DNA from: a bacterium
Lineage (GTDB): Bacteria; UBA8248; JACPRG01; G963555815
DNA: 64,000 nucleotides
Assembly (NCBI GenBank): GCA_963555815.3
Contig: CAUVWX020000001.1
Span: forward strand, 1,312,001-1,376,000
Direction of reading: 5' to 3'
Part shown: piece after piece, positions 1 through 9,196 of the stretch
Numbering within the stretch: the stretch's first letter is position 1
How the letters are laid out: each line of letters opens with the position of its first letter
Position numbers and translations under genes: made by a program
The notes under the pieces: model-generated
The model's database searches: none
Seen by the model: only the letters and a program-made list of their open reading frames with translations
Told to the model about the DNA's origin: nothing

Positions 1-47
1 ATTACGGCCGCCTTCGCCTTCTCATCGACCGCATCAACAGCCCTTAA
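1..47 (+). CDS. 3' end of an unidentified upstream CDS (partial)
   Basis: Frame 3 reads YGRLRLLIDRINSP* with TAA at 45-47, convergent with the next gene; too short to identify. Confidence 0.3.
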   Translation, partial: YGRLRLLIDRINSP

Positions 48-85
48 GACCCCCTCCTGCCCTCAGAGAATCTGATCAGGCTTCT

Positions 86-682
86 TCACGCAGCGTCTTC
101 TAGTGAGGCGACGCTGAAGACGACGTGGAAGGGCATGCAATAGATGACGACGCTTGCCTGAGCGGTCAAGTCGACGTCGGCGGGGATCTTGTAATTTTGG
201 TTACCGATGTTCCCCTTGAGCCTGCCCAGGTCGACGTAGCCTTGGGCTTTGAGGTCGTCTCGTTTCTCGGGGTCAGAGCCCGGCGTAAGGATGACGTGGA
301 GGCCTGGACCGTTGGTGACCTCAAAATTCTCTAAACGGAGCAGATGGGAGCCGTCTGGCAGGAGGAAGATGGTGGCCTGGCCGCTGCCCCTGTGGAACGA
401 GTCGGCGTCTTGGAACGCACCGACCCTGACTGTTTGCGCCGTCGTCATCGCTTTGGGCATCTTCTCGGTCATCTCTTCATCGACCTTGGCCATGCCGGCC
501 ATGACTTCCTCCACCTCAGAGCGGGTCATGTCCTCCGGGACGATGGCGGCTGCGGCGAAGGGAAATTCCTCGTGGACTGTCTTGCTGATGAAAAGAGGCG
601 AGACGAGCCACCACGCCACCCCGCCGACGACAAAGATGACAATGGCTCCGATGACCATCCAAAACGGCTTACGAAGGCGCAT
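86..682 (-). CDS. DM13 domain-containing membrane-anchored protein
   Basis: N-terminal TM helix; DM13-like motifs HRGSGQA, LRLENFEVTNGPGLHV, DLGRLKGNIGNQNY, VVIYC; RBS GGAGGA. Confidence 0.85.
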   Translation of the reverse strand: MRLRKPFWMVIGAIVIFVVGGVAWWLVSPLFISKTVHEEFPFAAAAIVPEDMTRSEVEEVMAGMAKVDEEMTEKMPKAMTTAQTVRVGAFQDADSFHRGSGQATIFLLPDGSHLLRLENFEVTNGPGLHVILTPGSDPEKRDDLKAQGYVDLGRLKGNIGNQNYKIPADVDLTAQASVVIYCMPFHVVFSVASLEDAA

Positions 683-771
683 AGGTTTGTCCTCCTTTGG
701 CAGAAATGTTCAGCCTACATTTCAAGGCGTCTGTTGCTCACGCCTGTCGTGAAGGCACCTGCCCAAAAATA

Positions 772-1176
772 TCAGATTTCAGGATTTTTGTTTGTAAGCG
801 GTCTTGAAATTTCGAGGATATAGCCGTCTGGGTCTCGAAGGAGAAACATCCGCGCCCCCCAGGACATGGTCTGCGGTTCGCAGATGAAATCAAGTTGTTT
901 CTCTCTCAGGCGGGCGTACTCAGCGTCGACGTCGTCCGTTTGAAACGTGAGATAGACCCCCCAGCCGCGCTCCTGAGGTTCGGGATTCACCTGCCACTTG
1001 CGAAACTCCTCCGGCGAAAGATCCTGGTGAATGATGAAGTGAAATCCACCCACCTCAAAGTGGGCGTCCTGCTCTCCCGCTCGGGCGAGGGGCAGACCGA
1101 TGACATCCCGGTAGAAAGCGAGGGAGCGCTGAAGATCCTTCACGAAAATAAAGAGGGTGGGGATATTGGTGATCAT
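772..1176 (-). CDS. VOC (glyoxalase/bleomycin-resistance) family protein
   Basis: VKDLQRSLAFYRDVIGL, DDVDAEYARL and WGARMFLLRDPDGYILE motifs. Confidence 0.88.
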   Translation of the reverse strand: MITNIPTLFIFVKDLQRSLAFYRDVIGLPLARAGEQDAHFEVGGFHFIIHQDLSPEEFRKWQVNPEPQERGWGVYLTFQTDDVDAEYARLREKQLDFICEPQTMSWGARMFLLRDPDGYILEISRPLTNKNPEI

Positions 1177-1198
1177 GCGATTTCCCTTTTGGGCGGCC

Positions 1199-1942
1199 TC
1201 AGCGCCGTCTCGCCTTCAGGATGATCTGACTTTTTCGAGTGATGTTTCTCCCGCCCTCCCGAAGGTAGCGGCGAAGCCCATCTGCCCGCCCGTCGGCCTC
1301 CCACTTCGTGGGCAAAAACTCTTCTGAGAAGAGGACTGCCTCGGCTGACACAGGGTCGGAAAAAGTCAGGATCGCCTGCTCGACGAGGGCCTTCTCCACC
1401 GCGAGATCCGCCTTCTCCGCCTCCTCCTCCACCTCGGCCTCGCTCATGGCAAAACGAGACATTTGGCCTGTCTCCTGCCACTGGTCCTTGTGGAAGGCGG
1501 CGAAGATGAACGGGGCCCCGGGCCGAAGGGCGCGGCCGGATCGCGCGATGATGGCCGGGGACATGCAAAGATTCGCCACAATGAGGTCCGGAAAGCTTCC
1601 TCCCTTCTTCGGCTTCTTCGGCGGAACCTGAGAATACTCGCTGGCCTCCACATCGGCCACCTGAAAAGAGACATGGGTCAAGCCCAGCTCCCGTGCCCTC
1701 TCTCTCGCCGCCTGGACCGCTTCTTCGTTCCGGTCCAGGCCTAGAACCGACGCTGCGTGAGGTGCCAGGGCAAAAGAGAGACGACCGTGCCCACAGCCGA
1801 GATCGAGGACCGATTTCCCCTCCAGATCTTCTTCGCGGATCCACTGGAGGAGCACGGGGCTCAAACCGCCGTGTGCAAAGGCGTCCTTTCCCATGCCAGA
1901 CTCATAATGGATCTCCTTTCGGTCGTAGGCCCAGGTCTTCAT
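1199..1942 (-). CDS. class I SAM-dependent methyltransferase
   Basis: Motif I VLDLGCGHG, motif II VLGLD; ATG overlaps the cofE stop (ATGA). Confidence 0.88.
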   Translation of the reverse strand: MKTWAYDRKEIHYESGMGKDAFAHGGLSPVLLQWIREEDLEGKSVLDLGCGHGRLSFALAPHAASVLGLDRNEEAVQAARERARELGLTHVSFQVADVEASEYSQVPPKKPKKGGSFPDLIVANLCMSPAIIARSGRALRPGAPFIFAAFHKDQWQETGQMSRFAMSEAEVEEEAEKADLAVEKALVEQAILTFSDPVSAEAVLFSEEFLPTKWEADGRADGLRRYLREGGRNITRKSQIILKARRR

Positions 1943-2742
1943 CGCGGGTCGTCATCTCCCTTCCCTCCTTGACGGGAGTCTGCCCCCCGGAAGAGGTCTT
2001 CGTCCTTCGGGCGAAAGAGGGCCCTTGCCCCCTCTGACCCCTCTTTGAACCGGACGCCCCGGATGAGGATCACCGGAATCCCCTCCGCCCCCTGTCCCAT
2101 CACCATTGAGGCGGCCGAGGCCACTTCGTCGGCCTGGGCCACCTGGGTGCTCTCGAGTCTTCGGCCGAAGAGGTCTGGCTCTCCCCGAAGGTCCAGGAGG
2201 GGGTTCAGACCGGCCGCACCGATGGCGACTCCCACGACCCCCCGGCGAAAGGCCCGGCCGTGGGTGTCAATGATGAGGATCGCCGCTTCCACCCCCGTCT
2301 CCTCCAGGACCTTTTTTCGAAGGGCCTCGGCGCTGGCGTCGGGGTTTTTGGGAAGGAGGGTGACCCACTCCTCCCCCCCCTCCACGTTGGACTGATCCAC
2401 CCCGGCGTTGGCGCAGACCACACCTAGCCGCTGTTCCACCACCAGGGCCCGCTGGGTGGCCCGAAGCACTTCCTTTGACTCCATGAGGACGGCCTCGACC
2501 AGCCGGGGGTCACGGCCGGTTGACTGCCCGATCTCTGTGGCACGAGGAGAGGGCTCTATGTCGGTGAGACGGACCACCTGTCCCTCCGCCTTGGAGACGA
2601 CCTTCTGAGCCACAGCCAGGATGTCCCCCGGCTGCAGAGAGAGACCTTCTTTCCGAAGCGCTTGGAGGATGAGGGCGCCGAGGTCATCTCCCGGCTGCAC
2701 AGGGGGAATGCCGGGGATGGCCCGGAGTTCTACGTGTGACAT
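1939..2742 (-). CDS. cofE: coenzyme F420-0:L-glutamate ligase
   Basis: GIPPVQPGDDL, AQKVVSKAEG, ANAGVDQSN, DTHGRAFRRG, DLRGEPDLFGR motifs; start ATG at 2742 overlaps the cofC stop (TGATG). Confidence 0.93.
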   Translation of the reverse strand: MSHVELRAIPGIPPVQPGDDLGALILQALRKEGLSLQPGDILAVAQKVVSKAEGQVVRLTDIEPSPRATEIGQSTGRDPRLVEAVLMESKEVLRATQRALVVEQRLGVVCANAGVDQSNVEGGEEWVTLLPKNPDASAEALRKKVLEETGVEAAILIIDTHGRAFRRGVVGVAIGAAGLNPLLDLRGEPDLFGRRLESTQVAQADEVASAASMVMGQGAEGIPVILIRGVRFKEGSEGARALFRPKDEDLFRGADSRQGGKGDDDPR

Positions 2743-3395
2743 CAGCGAGGGGCTGAGGAGAGGGTGTGGAGGGAGGTCTCGAGCCGATCCACCAGAACGT
2801 CCAGGTCCTGGGGGAGGTCGATGTCGAGAGAGATCCCCGGAGAGCAAAAAATCTTGAAGGCCGTTTCTCTTTGGCGGGCCTCAAGGCGGTGACGGAGAAA
2901 GCTGTCCGGCCCGAAGGAGGGAACCAGGGCATCCGAAGGTTTCAGAAAGAGGGCGTTGGTCCCTTCCTCACGGCGCGATGGGGAGGCCACTGCGCCAGGG
3001 CGCTCGGGGCCGAAGAGGGCTCCCGCGGCCACGACGTTGTCCACTTCGGTCGCCGAGAGGAGGGGAAGATCTGCGGGCAACACCAAGACCCCTGCCGCCC
3101 CTCGCTCCCTCAGACGGTTGACTCCCTCCAAGAGGGCCCCGTTCAGGTCCGGGGAGGTTTCTGCCAGGACGTCTATGCCCCTTCCACGAGCAAGGGATCT
3201 GGCCTCCGGGTCTTGAGAGACGACGAGCCCTCCCTTCAGTGTGGAGGCCCCTTCGAGGGCGTCCAGGACGCGGCCGAGCATCCAGCGGCTGAGCTCTTTA
3301 CGCCCTGAGAGATCCAGTCGTCCCGCCAGCCGGGATTTTCCGCGGTCGAATGCCTTGACAGGGACAAGAAACAAGATGTCATTTCCCCTCACCAT
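2742..3395 (-). CDS. cofC: 2-phospho-L-lactate/PEP guanylyltransferase
   Basis: VPVK..KSRL, PADLPLL, GTNAL, FGPDSFLRH, DIDLPQDL; start taken at ATG 3395. Confidence 0.92.
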   Translation of the reverse strand: MVRGNDILFLVPVKAFDRGKSRLAGRLDLSGRKELSRWMLGRVLDALEGASTLKGGLVVSQDPEARSLARGRGIDVLAETSPDLNGALLEGVNRLRERGAAGVLVLPADLPLLSATEVDNVVAAGALFGPERPGAVASPSRREEGTNALFLKPSDALVPSFGPDSFLRHRLEARQRETAFKIFCSPGISLDIDLPQDLDVLVDRLETSLHTLSSAPR

Positions 3396-3396
3396 T

Positions 3397-4344
3397 TTAT
3401 TTCTGCCCTTGCCCCCTCGATGTGAAGACGTAGTCCAGGATTTCTCGGGCAAGACGCGCCTTGTCTTCCAGCGTGTTCATGATGGTATCCGTGACGAGGA
3501 CTTCGAGGCCTAGGGAGCGGATGGGGTCTCGCAATTCCTGATCCTGTTCGTCTAGCACAAAGATCTCGACCCAGTCAACGTAGCGGCGGGCGACGGCCAG
3601 GGCCGAGGCCTCTTCCCCCAATTCTTGCATCATCCGGGCGGCCGGGCCTTTCAGGGCCTTTCCGCGGACGAGGGGGCTGACCGCCACCTTTCGCCCCGGT
3701 GCCCTCTGCAGGGCCTCCCGCATCCCCGGAAGGGCCAGGATGGGACCGATGCTGACTAGGGGGTTGGAGGGGCAGAAGATAATGGCCTTGGCGCCAGCAA
3801 GGGTTTTTAGGACTTCAGCAGTGGGCCGGGCCGTCTCGATCCCTTCAAAGCGGACGGCCTCGATGGGGATCTCAGCCTTCTGGGCGACAAAATACTCCTG
3901 AAAGGGGATCTCCCGTCCTTGGGTTCTGACGCGGGTCTCGACACGGTCATCTGTCATGGGGAGGATCTTGGCTTGCAGCCCGAGGGCCTGGGAGAGGGAG
4001 GCCGTCACCTGGGTGAGGGTCTTTCCATCGTCCAGGAGGGCCCGGCGAAGGAGATGGGTTGCAAGATCTCGGTCGCCCAGGCGAAACCAGGGGGTGTGAC
4101 CGTAGCGTTTGAGCATCTGAAGGGCCTCTGTCGTGTCACTTGCTACGCCCCAGCCCTGGACCGGGTCAGCGATGTCGGCGAGCGTATAGAGGACGGTGTC
4201 GAGATCAGGGCAGACGAGGAGTCCGTGAAGCTTTAGGTCATCGGCCGTGTTGACGATGGCCGTGAGCCCGTCGGGGGGAAGGGCCTGGGAAAGACCCAGG
4301 ATGAGTTTTGCTCCTCCCACGCCTCCTGCCAGGGCCACGATCAT
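3397..4344 (-). CDS. cofD: 2-phospho-L-lactate/PEP transferase (LPPG:FO transferase)
   Basis: LAGGVGGAK, VNTADD, CPDLDTVLY, WFRLGDRD, PSNPLVSIGPIL, KGPAARMM. Confidence 0.95.
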   Translation of the reverse strand: MIVALAGGVGGAKLILGLSQALPPDGLTAIVNTADDLKLHGLLVCPDLDTVLYTLADIADPVQGWGVASDTTEALQMLKRYGHTPWFRLGDRDLATHLLRRALLDDGKTLTQVTASLSQALGLQAKILPMTDDRVETRVRTQGREIPFQEYFVAQKAEIPIEAVRFEGIETARPTAEVLKTLAGAKAIIFCPSNPLVSIGPILALPGMREALQRAPGRKVAVSPLVRGKALKGPAARMMQELGEEASALAVARRYVDWVEIFVLDEQDQELRDPIRSLGLEVLVTDTIMNTLEDKARLAREILDYVFTSRGQGQK

Positions 4345-4353
4345 GAGAACCCC

Positions 4354-4971
4354 TCAGCGGTGAAGAAGAGTCAGCTGGTATGGCGGACGGGGCGGGGGCA
4401 CCTCAGAGGGAAGAGGGCCCAGGGCCAGGAGGACGTGGGCGACGTAGCCGAGCGGAAGGTCGAGCGTGCGGTGGACCACCTGCGGGCAGAAGAGGGGGGC
4501 GCAGACCCAGCAGGCCGCGATCCCCTTGGCATGGGCGGCGAGCAGAATATTCTGGGTTGCAGCGCCCATGCTCTGGGCTGCCATGGTCTCCTCAGCGGCC
4601 CGGCGGGGGGGGTCCGGATAGCGGTCCATGCCTTCCATTGAGATGCAGGCCACGATGAGGACGGAGGCGGCAAGGAGGAGGTCATGGCTTTTTTTGATCC
4701 GGGCCCGCCGCCTTTCGTCGGAGAGTCCGTCCCGCTCGAGGTCCGCGTCGAAGGCCTCTCCCATCTTGAGGACGAGATTGCGACGGGCGGCAGGACTTGA
4801 GACCACAACAAAGCGCCAGGGCCTTGTCTTGTGAGGCGAAGGGGCCCACCCGGCGGCCTGGACGATCTCTTCCACCACGTCTTGGCTCACCTCCCCTCGG
4901 CCGAACTGACGTTGGGACCTCCGGCTCTCCAGGAAGTGAAGAAGAGATTTTTCGTCAAGGAGGTAGGACAC
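4354..4971 (-). CDS. nitroreductase-family protein resembling the FbiB C-terminal domain / FbiE (putative dehydro-F420-0 reductase)
   Basis: RRSQRQF, APSPHKTRPWRF, AQSMGAATQNILLAAHAKG, WVCAPLFCP; sits between cofH and cofD. Confidence 0.78.
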   Translation of the reverse strand: MSYLLDEKSLLHFLESRRSQRQFGRGEVSQDVVEEIVQAAGWAPSPHKTRPWRFVVVSSPAARRNLVLKMGEAFDADLERDGLSDERRRARIKKSHDLLLAASVLIVACISMEGMDRYPDPPRRAAEETMAAQSMGAATQNILLAAHAKGIAACWVCAPLFCPQVVHRTLDLPLGYVAHVLLALGPLPSEVPPPRPPYQLTLLHR

Positions 4972-5030
4972 AGCGAGCTCGCTTCTGGGCGTTTTGGGCC
5001 AAAAAGTGGGAGTCCACCGACGCCGACCGG

Positions 5031-6125
5031 CTAATTCAGCTTGTTGTAGAGGGTGTCCCGCTGAACCGGGGTCCGCCCGTTCTGGAGGATCGTCTCCCTA
5101 AGCTCCTCCACGCTCACCCGGTCACCCCACTTGGAGCCGGCCATGTTGGAGATCCGCTCCTCCATCAGGGTCCCTCCCACGTCGTTGACCCCGACCCGAA
5201 GGGCATGGCCTCCCGCCTTCAGGCCGATCTTGGGCCAGGCGGATTGGAGGTTCCGGATGGTGTCTCGAAAATAGATACGGCTGACGGCGTAGAGCTTAAA
5301 AACCTCTCGGTTCGAGATCATCTCCCGGATCTTGAAGAGGCTCCCCAGGGCGTTCTCATAGGGGATGAAGGGGAGGGGGACGAATTCGGTGATCCCGCCC
5401 GTCTTTTTCTGGATGGAGCGGATGACCTCCAGGTGCTCACCGACGTCCTCGGGTGTCTCTACGTGGCCGAACATGATGGTGGAGGTGGAGGGGATACCCT
5501 GGCGGTGGACCTCCGTGATGACGTCCACCCACCGCCCCGTATGGAGCTTATCCGGACAGATCACCTTCCGGACCCTCTCCACCAGGACCTCGGCCGCTGT
5601 CCCGGGGGTGCTCCCGAGGCCAGCCGCCCGAAGCTCCTTCACGACGTCCGAAACTTCTAGGCCCGATATCTCCGTCATGTAGTTGATCTCTTCCGGGGAG
5701 TAGGCGTGGAGGTGGACGCCTGGGATGATTTCTCGGACAAAGCGCAGGAGGTCCAGGTAGTAGTCAAAGGTCAAGTCAGGGTGGAGCCCTCCCTGGATGC
5801 AGATCTCGGTGACGTTGAAGGCCTTCGCTTCCTCGAGCTTCACCTTCATCGCTTCATGGCTGAAGAAGTAGGAGCCTGGCTGCCCCTTTCGGCGCGAAAA
5901 GCCGCAAAAGCGGCAGGAGCCAACGCAGATATTGGAGAAGTTCATGTTGCGGTTGACGACGTAGGTGGCCTCATTGCCCACGAGCTCTTCCCGGATGGAG
6001 TCGGCCAGGGCGAAGAGGGCTTCGGCCTCCAGGTCGTCCTGAGTCTTCAGGAGGACCGCAGCGTCCGTGGGACCGATCTCCTCTCCCCGCTCCGCCTTGG
6101 AGAAGGCGTCTTTGAAGGTGAGCAT
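5031..6125 (-). CDS. cofH: FO synthase subunit CofH (radical SAM)
   Basis: TYVVNRNMNFSNICVGSCRFCGF, QGGLHP, PGTAAEVL, STIMFGHVE, NDVGGTLMEERIS; start taken at ATG 6125. Confidence 0.92.
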   Translation of the reverse strand: MLTFKDAFSKAERGEEIGPTDAAVLLKTQDDLEAEALFALADSIREELVGNEATYVVNRNMNFSNICVGSCRFCGFSRRKGQPGSYFFSHEAMKVKLEEAKAFNVTEICIQGGLHPDLTFDYYLDLLRFVREIIPGVHLHAYSPEEINYMTEISGLEVSDVVKELRAAGLGSTPGTAAEVLVERVRKVICPDKLHTGRWVDVITEVHRQGIPSTSTIMFGHVETPEDVGEHLEVIRSIQKKTGGITEFVPLPFIPYENALGSLFKIREMISNREVFKLYAVSRIYFRDTIRNLQSAWPKIGLKAGGHALRVGVNDVGGTLMEERISNMAGSKWGDRVSVEELRETILQNGRTPVQRDTLYNKLN

Positions 6126-6212
6126 GGAGAAATCTCCTTCAAGCCGACATGAGTCAGCCATAGATGCATGAGCGAAGTTGGTATGGAGAAGCCGCCGACT
6201 CTATCAGCAGCG

Positions 6213-6689
6213 TCAACCTCCGAAAGTGACAATCCGGGTGGGCCGGACCTGATAGAGGACCCGTATCTCACCTTTTGGATCACGGAATGGATAGGGACGT
6301 TGGCCAAGATAAACTTCGGTCAGGTCGTCGATGTTTTGTGTCGCCAGATTCCCTCTCTTTTTGTCATCTTCGTCAATGATATCTTCAACTTTACCATATA
6401 TTGACATCCAGTGAAGCGGATTTTCTGGATTCACGATTATGATGCTCACATCACGGCGGGCGCGCAGATTCTTGTCTTTTTGCCGACCCCTGACAGAGTT
6501 CAAGTTGACGTAAGTTCCATCGTGATTCAGCCAGACCGGGGTCAACTGGGGCAACCCCTTCGCACCAATCGTCGCCAATATCGCCGTGACGCTCTTTTCT
6601 AGTAGCTGGCGGTAGGAATCAAGCAGCTCGTTCAAGCTCGAGACCTTCTTGCGGTCTCCGATCTTAAAAGCTTTACCCTGTCCGGGCAT
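6213..6689 (-). CDS. PPOX-class (FDOR-B) putative F420-dependent oxidoreductase
   Basis: LATIGAKGLPQLTPVW, GRQKDKNLR, split-barrel pattern; located inside the cof cluster. Confidence 0.85.
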   Translation of the reverse strand: MPGQGKAFKIGDRKKVSSLNELLDSYRQLLEKSVTAILATIGAKGLPQLTPVWLNHDGTYVNLNSVRGRQKDKNLRARRDVSIIIVNPENPLHWMSIYGKVEDIIDEDDKKRGNLATQNIDDLTEVYLGQRPYPFRDPKGEIRVLYQVRPTRIVTFGG

Positions 6690-6712
6690 GACGACATCGG
6701 CAATTTCTATTG

Positions 6713-7735
6713 CTATGGCGATCCCCCCTTTTCATTTTCCCGGGCCATTCCCGGAAAAGAGCAAAGAGCAGTCCGATGGGAAGCCATCGCCTCCCCTACC
6801 TCGGGCGAATACCACCCCTTTTCGATGTGCTCATCATAGATGGGGAGGCGGAACTTGAGCTCCAGGCCATTCGCCGCCAGGAGCGCTCGCAGGTCCTCGA
6901 TGTCGGGCCAGGGGCGGTCGCGGTTAATCAGATCCGGCTCGTCCGACAGGCCGCCCAGGTCGTCCGCCCCCGCCTCTATGGTTTCGAGGACCTCGGGGAT
7001 GAGATTCGGCGGGATCTGAAGGTGCACCTGTGGCGGGAGGATGGCCCGAGCCTCCCGGATAACCTGGAGCACCTCGGCCTTCTCTGGAGCGGGCCAGCCC
7101 GCCATCTCGGTCCCGGCCTGGGGATTGAGGGGTTGGACGATAACCTCCTGGATGTGGTCGTACTTCTCTTGGAGGGCCGCCAGGACCTCGAGGGTTTGCC
7201 TGCGCTCTTCCCAGGACTCCCCGATCCCAAAGAGGATGCCCGACGTGAAGGGGATCTGAAGCTCGCCAGCCGCCCGGACCGTCTCTACCCGAAGGGCGGG
7301 GGCCTTGGTGGGGGCTTGGTGGTGGGCCGCTCCTCGCTCCACTGCCGGGCTCAGTGCCTCCAGCATGACCCCCATGGAGGCGTTCACGTCCTTGAGGCGA
7401 GAGAGTTCATCGAGACTTAAGGTCCCGATGTTGGTGTGTGGCAGAAGATCTTCGTCGAGGAGGAGGAGGCAGACCTCGCGGATGTAGTCCACGTAAGTGG
7501 GAAAGCCCCAAGAGCGGAGCTCGCTGCGCATCTTGGGGTGGACATCAGGCTGCTCACCCGTCATGACGAGGGCCTCGACGGCCCCTTTCTTTCGCTCCTC
7601 TCGGGCGATGGCTCGGATCTCGGAGAGTTTTAGCAGGGCCGGCTTGTCGCTTCGAAAGGAGCAATAGCCGCAGCGGTTTCGGCACCAGTAGGTGACTGGG
7701 AGCGTGAAATTTCGGGAATAAGTGACCGTATGCAT
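6713..7735 (-). CDS. cofG: FO synthase subunit CofG (radical SAM)
   Basis: VTYSRNFTLPVTYWCRNRCGYCSF, LLPHTNIG, VNASMGVMLE, PFTSGILFGIGE, HIQEVIVQ, QIPPNL. Confidence 0.93.
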   Translation of the reverse strand: MHTVTYSRNFTLPVTYWCRNRCGYCSFRSDKPALLKLSEIRAIAREERKKGAVEALVMTGEQPDVHPKMRSELRSWGFPTYVDYIREVCLLLLDEDLLPHTNIGTLSLDELSRLKDVNASMGVMLEALSPAVERGAAHHQAPTKAPALRVETVRAAGELQIPFTSGILFGIGESWEERRQTLEVLAALQEKYDHIQEVIVQPLNPQAGTEMAGWPAPEKAEVLQVIREARAILPPQVHLQIPPNLIPEVLETIEAGADDLGGLSDEPDLINRDRPWPDIEDLRALLAANGLELKFRLPIYDEHIEKGWYSPEVGEAMASHRTALCSFPGMARENEKGGSP

Positions 7736-7943
7736 GAAAACATTCTAGCATAGTGCCCTGTCCCCGATTTGAGTTTCCCAGAGAGGACTGGACCTGGCCG
7801 GGTGCCGGGCATTCCCCCCTAGGAAAGGCCCTTTCTTTTTTCAGGGGCGAACCTATTGACTGGCGTTAGCAAAGTGTCGGAAAATGTTCTGCGACTGGGG
7901 CATTCCTTCGAGATAGGGGCTTTTAAGAAAAGGGGAGAAAGGC

Positions 7944-8969
7944 GTGCTTTCCAACCTGATGTTCCTTCGAGTTTCACTCGCTGTCCTCATAGTCGGCTTC
8001 GGTGGTATTACCTACCAGAACATTATAAGAAGCGGTCAGGAAGCCGAGCTCAGGGACCAGACCCTCCAAGTGGACCGAGGGGAGGCGGAACAGCTCTCCG
8101 AAAGTCGATCGACGGAAATCCTTGAGAGAGAGATCGAGACGACCACATCCGTGAGGGAAGAGGCGGAACAGCTCTCCGAAAGTCGATCGACGGAAATCCT
8201 TGAGAGAGAGATCGAGACGACCACTTCCGTGAGGGGAGAGGAGCTAGAGCAGGCGCGTCAGGAAGCGGAGGAGCTTCAGGGGCAGCTCGCGGAGGTGGGC
8301 CGCGTTGTCGCTGACCTTCGGAGCGAAAACCAGGACCTTCAGGCTGAGCTGGGAGAATTCGCCGATAGGGTCCGGGGCCTGGAGGAAGAGAGCCGTGAGG
8401 GGCAGCTGACCCGACAGGGCCTCGATGAGCAGATCACGGATCTCAGGACCGATCTGGACTCCGCCCTTCTCGCCAAAGAGGCCGAGCTCGCCGAGCTGAG
8501 GGCCAGCTACGAGTCTCTCCTGGAGACGCTGCGGGTCCAGATCCAAAATCGGGAGGTGGACGTCGAGCAGAGTCCAGGACACCTCACCATCCGTCTGGTG
8601 GATCAGGTCCTCTTTGACTCAGGGAGCGAGATACTCAAGGAGGAGAGCAGCCGGACACTGGACGCTGTCTTCGAGGGGCTAAAACCTCTGAAGGGCGGGC
8701 TCATCGTGATAGAGGGGCATGCCGATGATCGGCTCATCCGCCCCAGTCTTCAGAAGCAGTTTCCCAGCAATTGGGAGCTCTCCCTGAGCAGGGCCGCGGT
8801 GGTGGCGCGTTACTTCCAGGAGCGGGGTGTTAGCCCGAAGCGCCTCTCAGTCACCGGGTACTCCTATTACCGGCCCGCCGACACCAACCTGACGACCTTC
8901 GGCCGCTCTCAAAACCGCCGGGTGGAGATCAAACTGGTCCCGATCGGCCTTTCCTCTCCTGAAGAGTGA
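7944..8969 (+). CDS. OmpA/MotB-family peptidoglycan-binding protein with N-terminal TM anchor and long coiled coil
   Basis: TM helix, heptad coiled coil, C-terminal VLFDSGS..IEGHADD..SNWELSLSRA..NRRVEI. Confidence 0.85.
   Translation: MLSNLMFLRVSLAVLIVGFGGITYQNIIRSGQEAELRDQTLQVDRGEAEQLSESRSTEILEREIETTTSVREEAEQLSESRSTEILEREIETTTSVRGEELEQARQEAEELQGQLAEVGRVVADLRSENQDLQAELGEFADRVRGLEEESREGQLTRQGLDEQITDLRTDLDSALLAKEAELAELRASYESLLETLRVQIQNREVDVEQSPGHLTIRLVDQVLFDSGSEILKEESSRTLDAVFEGLKPLKGGLIVIEGHADDRLIRPSLQKQFPSNWELSLSRAAVVARYFQERGVSPKRLSVTGYSYYRPADTNLTTFGRSQNRRVEIKLVPIGLSSPEE
8082..8237 (+). repeat. in-frame tandem duplication, 2 x 78 bp (26 aa)
   Basis: GAGGCGGAACAGCTCTCCGAAAGTCGATCG... begins at 8082 and again at 8160; two substitutions seen. 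Confidence 0.92.
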
Positions 8970-9196
8970 GTTTTTAGTTTCGATTTTTCCAGCCACCGCC
9001 CAGCTTACCGCCTCATCGTGGTCTCCTTTTTCTTTCTGCGAGGTTCCCGTGCGGGCCAGTAGAGTGTATATACACATTCCGGCTCCTGTTTCACCTCCTC
9101 CAGGGTGACGGCCTGGAAGGGGTGCCCTACCTTTCTTTCTGTTGGATTAGATGTGGAGTTGGCAAAAAGGATTCAGGAAATTTGAGACGAAAAAAA

